Source: Petrotogaceae bacterium
Lineage (GTDB): Bacteria > Thermotogota > Thermotogae > Petrotogales > Kosmotogaceae
Length of the DNA: 64,000 bases
Direction of reading: 5' to 3'
NCBI GenBank assembly: GCA_963664675.2
Contig: CAXXLB010000002.1
Span: forward strand, 235,114 to 299,113
Shown here piece by piece: positions 57,316 through 64,000 of the stretch (the stretch's first letter is position 1; every line of letters begins with the position of its first letter). The notes beneath the pieces were generated by a model, which was given only the letters and a program-made list of their open reading frames with translations, did not search any database and was not told the DNA's origin. Position numbers and translations under genes: made by a program.

Positions 57316-58253
57316 TAATTTTATTTTTGATAGTTTTTTTAAGTTCTTTAGCCTTTGGAATTTCAATAGATTTCGATAAAATGGAAAAATTTATCAGAGT
57401 TTCAAATGAGCCTATTTTGATGCCTGAGGGTATAGGGTTTGAGTGCAAAGCGGTTTTCAATCCGACGATTGTTGAAGAGAACGGAAAATTCTATCTTTTT
57501 TACAGAGCGGAGAATTGGGAAGGCGAAAATAAATGGAACGGAACGTCTTCAATAGGTCTGGCGGTGAGCAACGACGGGATCAATTTCGAGAAGAGGTCCG
57601 ATCCGGTAATTTTTCCAACTGAAGACTATGAGATCCCCGGTGGATGCGAAGATCCGAGAATAGTGAAGATCGAAGACAAATTCGTCCTGACCTACACGGG
57701 ATATAACGGAAAGGTAGCCAGACTTTGTCTGGCTATTTCCGATGATTTAATAAACTGGGAAAAACTTGGACCGGTTTTCAAGGGAGAATCCTGGACCAAA
57801 TCCGGAGCAATTGTTCCGGAGAAAATAAATGGAAAATACTACATGTACTACGGTGATACCAATATATACTTGGCCACTTCGGAGAATTTAACGGATTGGA
57901 AAATTTCATTATCCCCCGTTCTGGAAAAAAGGATAATCAATTTTGATTCCGCGCTAGTTGAACCAGGTCCAACACCGTTGATCACTGATGAAGGAATTTT
58001 GTTGATATACAACAGTGCGGATTATTCAAAAATTTATAGAGCCGGTGCCGCACTCTTCGACATAAAAGATCCGGGAAAACTCGTAAAGAGAACGGAAGAT
58101 TTCCTGATTGAACCGGAATTCAGTTGGGAAAAATATGGACAGGTACCGAACGTCGTTTTCATTGAAGGTGCAGTGATAATAAATAACAGATTGTATGTTT
58201 ACTACGGAGCTGCGGACACTTATATCGGAGCTGCCTATATCGAATTGAATTAA
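57300..58253 (+). CDS. glycoside hydrolase family 130 protein with an N-terminal signal/anchor
   Basis: MGRKLIILFLIVFLSSLAFG, then FNPTIVEENGKFYLFYRA, GCEDPRIVKIEDKFVLTYTGY and YYGAADT. Confidence 0.8.
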   Translation: MGRKLIILFLIVFLSSLAFGISIDFDKMEKFIRVSNEPILMPEGIGFECKAVFNPTIVEENGKFYLFYRAENWEGENKWNGTSSIGLAVSNDGINFEKRSDPVIFPTEDYEIPGGCEDPRIVKIEDKFVLTYTGYNGKVARLCLAISDDLINWEKLGPVFKGESWTKSGAIVPEKINGKYYMYYGDTNIYLATSENLTDWKISLSPVLEKRIINFDSALVEPGPTPLITDEGILLIYNSADYSKIYRAGAALFDIKDPGKLVKRTEDFLIEPEFSWEKYGQVPNVVFIEGAVIINNRLYVYYGAADTYIGAAYIELN

Positions 58254-58271
58254 AATACAGAAAGAAGAGGA

Positions 58272-60086
58272 TCAGTCACTCAAACTGTTTTCTATAACTA
58301 TCTTTTCCTGTTTGAGATTTTCTATTTCTTCCAGCTGGAAGATCACCTTTTCTTCCTTTTCTTTTTTCGTTTTATTAAACTGCTCTATTTTTTCGTAGTC
58401 GGAGCCGAAAGTAAACATCTTCTTATTCAGTATTTCGAGTTCCCTCTCCAATTCAGTTGAAGATTCTGTTAGTTCTTCTATTTTTCTTATTATCGATTTA
58501 TACCTGTTCTGCATCTTTTTTCTTTCTTTATATGAGATTTTGGATCCGCTTTTTTCTTTTTTCGTTTCGTTGTTGTCGAAGATGTGTTTCAGATAGTAAT
58601 CCAGCGAACCGATCTTTTTCAGTTTTTGATTTTCTATAAGAACGTATTTATCACAGATGTTCTCGACGAAATCCCTGTCGTGTGAAACCAGAATAATGGC
58701 ACCTTTGAATTCTTTCAAAACTTTTTCAAGACTTTCGATAGTCCAGATATCAAGGTTATTTGTGGGCTCGTCCATTATCAGGACATTGGGAGCCTGAAGT
58801 ATTACTTTGCTCAGTGCCAGTCTCGTTTTCTCTCCTCCGCTCAAATCACTCACATTTTTGAAAACATCGTCTCCGGTAAATCCGAATCTTCCTATATATT
58901 TTCTGATTTCAAAATCCGGCCAGTAGGGTTTAATTTTCCAGATTTCTTTGAGAACATCATTATCTCTGTTCAAATCTTCCTTCATCTGGGATAGATACTT
59001 CCATTTGACATTGTATCCCCATTCTATTTCCCCGGTTTTTTTTGGAATGTTATCGGTGATCAGGTTTAAAAGGGTAGTTTTACCACTTCCGTTTATTCCC
59101 AGAATCGAAAGTTTTTCTCTTCTGTTGAGTTCGAGATGGACTTTTTTAAATATTTTTTTATCCCCGTAATTGTACGATAAATCCTCGATGCTGAGAACCA
59201 CATAACCCGTTCTGCTGGGTTCGGGTATGGAGATTTTTTGCTCTTTTATTTCTTCATCCGGCAGATTTATTTCATTCATCTGTGCTTTTAATTTTTCTGC
59301 CTGCCTTTCCTTGCTCTTCGCCTGCTTGATGAATTTATCTTCGCCCCATATTCTGTATCTTTTTGCGATGGCGGTCAATCTGTCTATTTCCTTTTCCATA
59401 TTCGCTCTCTGTCTCAAACCGCTTTTAAGGAGCACTTCTCTTTCTTTTCTGTAAAGTTCGAAATCACCTTTAAAATCCCAGAGAGATCCTGAATTCAATT
59501 CCCAGAAACGATTTCCTACTTTTCTCAGCAGATATCTGTCATGAGTAACCAGAATTACTGCCCCGTTGTAACTTTTTATGAAGTTCAACAACCATTGAAC
59601 CGATTCTATATCGAGATGGTTGGTGGGCTCGTCCAGTATTAAAAGGTCGTAGTCCACGAGGAGTAATTTTCCGAGCGAAATCCTCGTTATCTCGCCTCCC
59701 GAGAAGCTGGAGATCTTTCTTTCCCATGTTTTTTCGGGGAATTCCAGACCTGTGAGAATTGATCTGACCCTTCTCTCAAAACTGTAAAACTCTTCGGTAT
59801 CCTTTAAAACCAGATTTATACTTTCCATATAATAATCGAAAAGTTTTTGATCCATATTTTTAATTCTTTCCTGCGTCTGATAGCCTATCTTTAAGTTGGA
59901 TGAAATATAAAGTGATCCTTCCGACTGCTCGAGTTTTCCGGATAAAATTTTCAGAAGAGTTGTTTTACCACTTCCATTTTTTCCTATCAGTACTATTTTG
60001 TCCTTTTTATATAATGAGGAAGAAACATTTTCAAAAAGAAAACCGTTTCCGTAATCGTGCCCAATTTTTTCCATAGTAAGTAACAT
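58272..60086 (-). CDS. ABC-F family ATPase
   Basis: Two ABC cassettes (GKNGSGKTTLL and GINGSGKTTLL, each with an LSGGE signature). A charged linker and a coiled-coil C-terminus. No TM domain. Confidence 0.85.
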   Translation of the reverse strand: MLLTMEKIGHDYGNGFLFENVSSSLYKKDKIVLIGKNGSGKTTLLKILSGKLEQSEGSLYISSNLKIGYQTQERIKNMDQKLFDYYMESINLVLKDTEEFYSFERRVRSILTGLEFPEKTWERKISSFSGGEITRISLGKLLLVDYDLLILDEPTNHLDIESVQWLLNFIKSYNGAVILVTHDRYLLRKVGNRFWELNSGSLWDFKGDFELYRKEREVLLKSGLRQRANMEKEIDRLTAIAKRYRIWGEDKFIKQAKSKERQAEKLKAQMNEINLPDEEIKEQKISIPEPSRTGYVVLSIEDLSYNYGDKKIFKKVHLELNRREKLSILGINGSGKTTLLNLITDNIPKKTGEIEWGYNVKWKYLSQMKEDLNRDNDVLKEIWKIKPYWPDFEIRKYIGRFGFTGDDVFKNVSDLSGGEKTRLALSKVILQAPNVLIMDEPTNNLDIWTIESLEKVLKEFKGAIILVSHDRDFVENICDKYVLIENQKLKKIGSLDYYLKHIFDNNETKKEKSGSKISYKERKKMQNRYKSIIRKIEELTESSTELERELEILNKKMFTFGSDYEKIEQFNKTKKEKEEKVIFQLEEIENLKQEKIVIENSLSD

Positions 60087-60111
60087 TTCTTCACCTCTTA
60101 TTTATAATATC

Positions 60112-60141
60112 AAAAAAAGAAGCGGTTATTAACCACTTCTT
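60112..60141 (-). terminator. rho-independent terminator ending the ABC-2 operon
   Basis: Minus strand reads AAGAAGTGGT-TAATA-ACCGCTTCTT (one mismatch), then T7. The loop contains the permease stop codon. Confidence 0.65.
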
Positions 60142-60959
60142 TTTAAGACACCCTTTCTTTTTGCCCATTTTTCCATTATAGAAAAGATTTTCAGACCTGT
60201 GGGCAACAAAACCACTCCCATTAAAATGAGAGGCCATATATTACTCCACTGGCTGGAAAAATCCTGTCCTTCTAAAATTGAAGCCCGCATTCCTCTGAGA
60301 GCATACGTTGCGGGTGATAGTTTTGCAACGTTCTGCATCCATGCAGGCAGTACGTCAATTTCATAATAAACACCCGAAAACATTAGCAGCAGCGCCTGAA
60401 ATATATGGACGACCTGAACACCCTTTTCCGGAGAAATGAGCGGCAGTATGGCTGCCACCACCCCAAGCCCTATAAAAGAGAAACTGGCTACGAAAAGGAT
60501 ACCTATGGCCGAAATGAAATTTGCTCCAACCAGATTCAGATCGAAGAAGAAGGACACTATTACAAGTATAACCACGCTTCTTAAAAGTCCGTATAAAATG
60601 GCGTATCCACAGGTGCTCAGAAGGTGAGTTGATCTTCTAACCGGGGCCATGAATGTATATTCGATGGTTTCTTCCCATCTTTCCCATGCGACGGTTTCGG
60701 CAACTATTTCGAAAAGTATAGAAAGATACCCCCACAAAATAGAACCAATAAGCATGTAAAGTATCAGATAATTTGTATCAACAGCCGTTCCAGAAAAGGC
60801 TTCTACTCCCTTTCCGATGAACCCCATGGTTATAGAATTGGCTATTGTATATAAGAAAAAAACCACTTCCCATTTCCAATACCTCTTCGTGAGATTGAAA
60901 TTTCTTTCTATAAAAGCCAGAGAAGCTCTCAACTCTCTGACCAAAGGTTTTACACTCAT
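60129..60959 (-). CDS. ABC-2 type transporter permease
   Basis: 276 aa, 6 predicted TM segments, ABC-2 pattern. It overlaps the ATPase stop by 4 nt. Confidence 0.8.
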   Translation of the reverse strand: MSVKPLVRELRASLAFIERNFNLTKRYWKWEVVFFLYTIANSITMGFIGKGVEAFSGTAVDTNYLILYMLIGSILWGYLSILFEIVAETVAWERWEETIEYTFMAPVRRSTHLLSTCGYAILYGLLRSVVILVIVSFFFDLNLVGANFISAIGILFVASFSFIGLGVVAAILPLISPEKGVQVVHIFQALLLMFSGVYYEIDVLPAWMQNVAKLSPATYALRGMRASILEGQDFSSQWSNIWPLILMGVVLLPTGLKIFSIMEKWAKRKGVLKRSG

Positions 60960-61762
60960 GCGGATACAACCTCCCCGGAACTTTTCCCGTATTCGGCATC
61001 TTCAAAAGACAAACCAGTGAATTCAATGAATACATCTTCAAATGTCGGATTGGATATTTTACTCACCAGCTTTCTTTTTAGTTCCTGAGGGTTACCGGTT
61101 ATCATTATTCTTCCGTTATGAATTATTGAAACCCTGTCACACAGTTTTTCTGCTTCACTCATATCGTGAGTCGTCAGTAAAATAGTTGCCTTCGTTCTGG
61201 CTCTCAGGTCGAGAATTAATTTCTGAACATCCTTTTTCGCTCTGGGATCCAATCCTGTTGTCGGTTCGTCAAGCAATAATATTTTTGGATCGGTTATGAA
61301 TGCCCTCGCTATGGCAACTTTTTGTTGCATTCCCCTCGAAAAGTCTTCAAGGGGATCTTTGAGTCTTTTTCTGTCCAGACCGACTTTATCTATCAAATTT
61401 TCTATCTTATTTAAAGCTTCTTTTTTACTTATTCCGTGAATACCTGCAGAATAAAACAGATTTTCATAAGCGGATAGTTTTCTGAAGAAACTGGCCTCCA
61501 CCGAAACTCTGTTCATTATTTCCTGTACATATTTCTGGTGTTTCTTCACATCATGATCGAAGATCTCGATCTCGCCTTCATCCGGAAAAAGTAATGTAGA
61601 AGCAATTCTTATGAATGTTGATTTACCTGAACCGTTGGGCCCCAGTAATCCGTATATTTCACCTTCGTAAATATCGATGTCTATACCTTTTAAGGCCGTG
61701 ACGATTTTTTTGTTCTTCTTAAACCTTTTAACTATATTTTTCGCGTGAATGGCAATTGCCAT
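60956..61762 (-). CDS. ABC transporter ATP-binding protein (DrrA/ABC-2 partner type)
   Basis: GPNGSGKST, FSRGMQQK and LLLDEPTTGLD. The ATG at 61762 is 8 nt after GGGAGG (the track start at 61771 is a GTG inside the SD). Confidence 0.9.
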   Translation of the reverse strand: MAIAIHAKNIVKRFKKNKKIVTALKGIDIDIYEGEIYGLLGPNGSGKSTFIRIASTLLFPDEGEIEIFDHDVKKHQKYVQEIMNRVSVEASFFRKLSAYENLFYSAGIHGISKKEALNKIENLIDKVGLDRKRLKDPLEDFSRGMQQKVAIARAFITDPKILLLDEPTTGLDPRAKKDVQKLILDLRARTKATILLTTHDMSEAEKLCDRVSIIHNGRIMITGNPQELKRKLVSKISNPTFEDVFIEFTGLSFEDAEYGKSSGEVVSA

Positions 61763-61792
61763 GAAATTCACCTCCCAGATAAATTGGAAAAA

Positions 61793-61930
61793 CTATTCGA
61801 ACTTTACTCTCTGTTCCCGGTAAAGGGCAAAATCTGAGATAATTATCGATTCCGCATTACATAATCCTGAACATTCTCCGCGTTTTTCGTTGATAGTGTT
61901 TCTTAAACCTATTTTTCCTGCATATAACAT
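61793..61930 (-). CDS. small protein P4, 45 aa (MLYAGKIGLRNTINEKRGECSGLCNAESIIISDFALYREQRVKFE)
   Basis: Not on the ORF track. GGGGGTG lies 6 nt upstream of the ATG. It shares the C-terminal ISDF(A/L).Y..Q(R/K) motif with three upstream ORFs. Confidence 0.55.
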   Translation of the reverse strand: MLYAGKIGLRNTINEKRGECSGLCNAESIIISDFALYREQRVKFE

Positions 61931-61966
61931 TTCTTCACCCCCTGAACATGTTTCAGACTTTCTCGC

Positions 61967-62083
61967 TCATATCTTGAATCTCTGATTGTTGTAAGAGAGA
62001 AAATCTGAGACAGCATCCGCTTTTGCTTTACTCAAATCCAAATACCTTAAATCTCTTCTTCTTTTTTTATTTTTTAAAGACAT
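61967..62083 (-). CDS. small protein P3, 38 aa (MSLKNKKRRRDLRYLDLSKAKADAVSDFLSYNNQRFKI)
   Basis: Not on the ORF track. GGAGGG lies 6 nt upstream. It carries the shared VSDFL.YN.Q motif. Its Ser codon is tca, against agt in P2, which argues for selection at the protein level. Confidence 0.55.
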   Translation of the reverse strand: MSLKNKKRRRDLRYLDLSKAKADAVSDFLSYNNQRFKI

Positions 62084-62111
62084 AAAAATCCCTCCTGTAT
62101 TTAATCGATTT

Positions 62112-62234
62112 TTATAAATCTATTTTTTGAATGTTATAGGGTAGAAAATCACTCACTATTTCAGCCCTTGTCCCTTTTATAATTTTGTTTACACCCGTCT
62201 TTCCTTTGTAGATTTTTTTATTTATATTGAACAT
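62112..62234 (-). CDS. small protein P2, 40 aa (MFNINKKIYKGKTGVNKIIKGTRAEIVSDFLPYNIQKIDL)
   Basis: Not on the ORF track. GGGGAGGT lies 7 nt upstream. It carries the shared motif. Confidence 0.55.
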   Translation of the reverse strand: MFNINKKIYKGKTGVNKIIKGTRAEIVSDFLPYNIQKIDL

Positions 62235-62420
62235 AAACTTACCTCCCCGGATCTGTGATAATAAATCTTAATGATCTGATGCTCCCGGCCCGCTTTGGAA
62301 CAGAGCGCCTGCCGTCATAAACATCAACACTGAGAATTCCTTGTATACAACTCCGACGTTCACATTTTCAGAATACCCGTTCTCTTTTCTGTCATTTTTT
62401 ACCTCCTTAGCCATGGATTC

Positions 62421-62540
62421 TTACAGTATTATCTTTTTCACATGATACTTAAAAGAATCTGGTTTAGTGACATTTTTCGACTTCTCTGAACTCTCCTTCT
62501 CCTGCTTCGACTCGTTGATGATTTTTTCTTCAAATAACAT
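62421..62540 (-). CDS. small protein P1, 39 aa (MLFEEKIINESKQEKESSEKSKNVTKPDSFKYHVKKIIL)
   Basis: Not on the ORF track. GGAGGT lies 7 nt upstream, immediately after the leader terminator. It carries a more divergent copy of the motif (PDSFKYHVKKIIL). Confidence 0.45.
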   Translation of the reverse strand: MLFEEKIINESKQEKESSEKSKNVTKPDSFKYHVKKIIL

Positions 62541-62553
62541 AATTCTTACCTCC

Positions 62554-62586
62554 AAAAAAAAACGACCGTGGTCTACGCCACGGTCG
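62554..62586 (-). terminator. leader (attenuator) terminator upstream of the small-ORF/ABC-2 operon
   Basis: Minus strand reads CGACCGTGG-CGTAGA-CCACGGTCG (a perfect 9-bp GC-rich stem), followed by T9 and then directly the SD of P1. Confidence 0.75.
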
Positions 62587-62735
62587 CTATGTATGTAAAA
62601 GAGATCACTCTCAAATTATCACCATACGTTCATACAAGATGCGACGTGGCACACTCATCCCTGCAACAGTATCAACTTTTACTACGGTTCTAAATCTCAA
62701 AATCATCCACTCGCACCTCCTTTTCTCAAAAATTC
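62587..62735 (-). promoter_or_regulatory. 5' leader with mutually exclusive helices (attenuator-like) and an SD-preceded 31-codon leader ORF (62611-62706)
   Basis: Segment 62640-62650 can pair either with 62707-62715 or with the terminator 5' arm at 62577-62587. The leader ORF is MILRFRTVVKVDTVAGMSVPRRILYERMVII. Confidence 0.5.
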
Positions 62736-62741
62736 AAAAGT

Positions 62742-62769
62742 ATTATACCACCATTTGAAAAAAAATCAA
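62742..62769 (-). promoter_or_regulatory. sigma-70-type promoter (TTGATT, 16-nt spacer, TGgTATAAT extended -10)
   Basis: Minus strand reads TTGATTTTTTTTTCAAATGGTGGTATAAT. It lies about 30 nt upstream of the leader SD. Confidence 0.65.
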
Positions 62770-63011
62770 TAGTGACCCAAGTCATAAATGTGTTTTTTCA
62801 GTTACAATCAATTTTTCATTATGGTGTAATAAACTTTTTTTACAGAAAACGAAGGATATATGAGTTGCTTTCAATCAAGTTTACATGAACAGAGAAAAAA
62901 CATAATAATTGATAATAAACGGAAATAATTATTTAATGTGACCAAATTTGGTGTTTGAAATTTAGTAAGGATTAGTAATAAAATCCATATATACTATATA
63001 GGAGGGGTTTT

Positions 63012-63620
63012 ATGAAATCTTTAAAAGTTTTATTTCTTTTTGTTGCTATTTTGATGGTATTCAATACCTTTGTACTGGCTGCGGTCACGGGTGATGAACC
63101 TATAAAGGGTGAAACACCATTTTTATTGACCAATGCGGGACAGGGTCCAGGCGGTAAAATGGCCAGATTGCTCATGTTTCAATCCAAAGCATTGTTGCCC
63201 ACAGATTTCGATTACAATGCAGAGCCATTGAAGGAGGACTCAACGGATCTTACGAAGAAGGATTACGAAATACTCTTTGTAATAATAGGTTCTTCTGCAA
63301 AGGGGTTGGGGGCCTCCGGAATCACAATCGACGATGAAATAAATAGATTGAATCTTATGATTAAAGAAGCCAAGAAATTGGGAATGACAATAGTTGCGGC
63401 TCAGATCGAAGGGGATGCCAGAAGGGGAAAACCCGGAAGTGCGGACGAAAGATCAATCGATGCCATAATTCCATTTGCGGACTATATAATAGTCAAAAAA
63501 GATGGAGACAGTGATGGAAAGTTCACAAATATGGCGCAGGAACTCGGTGTTCCCATAACTTACATCGATGAAACCCTTGATTTTATGCAACTTATGCAAC
63601 AAATGTTTCCAACTGAATAA
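63012..63620 (+). CDS. exported protein of unknown function (202 aa)
   Basis: GGAGGGG precedes the ATG. Signal peptide MKSLKVLFLFVAILMVFNTFVLAA. No motif recognised. Confidence 0.6.
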   Translation: MKSLKVLFLFVAILMVFNTFVLAAVTGDEPIKGETPFLLTNAGQGPGGKMARLLMFQSKALLPTDFDYNAEPLKEDSTDLTKKDYEILFVIIGSSAKGLGASGITIDDEINRLNLMIKEAKKLGMTIVAAQIEGDARRGKPGSADERSIDAIIPFADYIIVKKDGDSDGKFTNMAQELGVPITYIDETLDFMQLMQQMFPTE

Positions 63621-63651
63621 AAGTAAAAAATAATACGGGGGGTAGAAAAAT

Positions 63652-64000
63652 ATGTATTTACAGGCGACCATTGTATTAATCGCAATGATTGCAACCTTCG
63701 CAATTAGCAGTTGGAAACTCAAATCCACCGAATTATCGATGGTAGTAACTGCAATTGTTGGAGCACTGGTAGGGGGATTTGGATTCCCGGCTAGATTGCT
63801 TGTAGAGGGTATGTTTACATTTTTCGATGTGGGGATGACTTTTATCACTGCGGCGATATTTATAAACATATATTCTGCAACCGGTGCTATGGATGCTATA
63901 GTAAGAGCGATTGTACAGAATTTTCATTCGAAGAAATGGGTAGTTTTCATATTGCTTGGAGGCATTATGTTGATCCCGGGTGCTTTGACGGGCGCGGGAA
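63652..64000 (+). CDS. integral membrane transporter, partial (runs off the window; ion-transporter-superfamily-like)
   Basis: Not on the ORF track because no stop lies within the window. GGGGGG precedes the ATG. The frame is open to the window end and the sequence is hydrophobic (MYLQATIVLIAMIATFAIS...LIPGALTGAG). Confidence 0.5.
   Translation, partial: MYLQATIVLIAMIATFAISSWKLKSTELSMVVTAIVGALVGGFGFPARLLVEGMFTFFDVGMTFITAAIFINIYSATGAMDAIVRAIVQNFHSKKWVVFILLGGIMLIPGALTGAG

Noticed and set aside
61793-62540. Calling the four small ORFs a leaderless multi-peptide bacteriocin locus.
   Set aside because: The layout is similar, but the peptides are strongly hydrophilic and basic. They lack the amphipathic, Trp/Gly-rich character of known leaderless bacteriocins, and no immunity gene is evident. 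This is kept as an open hypothesis only.

Overview
This is a 64-kb, low-GC, densely coding bacterial chromosome segment with no rRNA, CRISPR array or recognisable mobile element. The gene content would fit a Thermotogota-like or Firmicutes-like anaerobe: a PolC-type replicase, an M32 carboxypeptidase, many sugar ABC systems, GH31/GH15/GH130 enzymes and strong GGAGG ribosome-binding sites. Taxonomy cannot be fixed without a database search.

Layout from left to right:
- pcp, then a 1353-aa exported ankyrin-repeat protein.
- An unusual cassette at 5.2-11.1 kb. Two HD-GYP paralogs bracket an Ntn-amidotransferase-like gene, an atypical HTH regulator, an exported protein built from 15 perfect peptide repeats, and twin 34-aa ORFs.
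- A hydrolase and carboxypeptidase Taq.
- ruvC, polC and a divergent beta-clamp-like ORF.
- OsmC, QueH-like, ComEA and GNAT genes.
- A tRNA Lys-Leu-Gly cluster.
- Assorted housekeeping genes, including a frameshifted pepF.
- A GH31/GH15 pair behind a ROK gene remnant.
- A K+ channel.
- An Lsr-like sugar or signal uptake and kinase operon at 37.9-48.1 kb.
- A LacI-controlled GH130/ABC locus with two large exported proteins of unknown function.
- An ABC-F gene.
- An ABC-2 exporter operon at 60.1-62.8 kb. It is preceded by four paralogous 38-45-aa ORFs and a promoter plus attenuator-like leader. None of these small ORFs is on the supplied ORF track.

The two best candidates for undescribed biology are the 5.2-11.1 kb HD-GYP, repeat-protein and peptide cassette and the 60.1-62.8 kb small-protein and ABC-2 operon. 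All functional calls rest on motif recognition from memory, and no searches were run.
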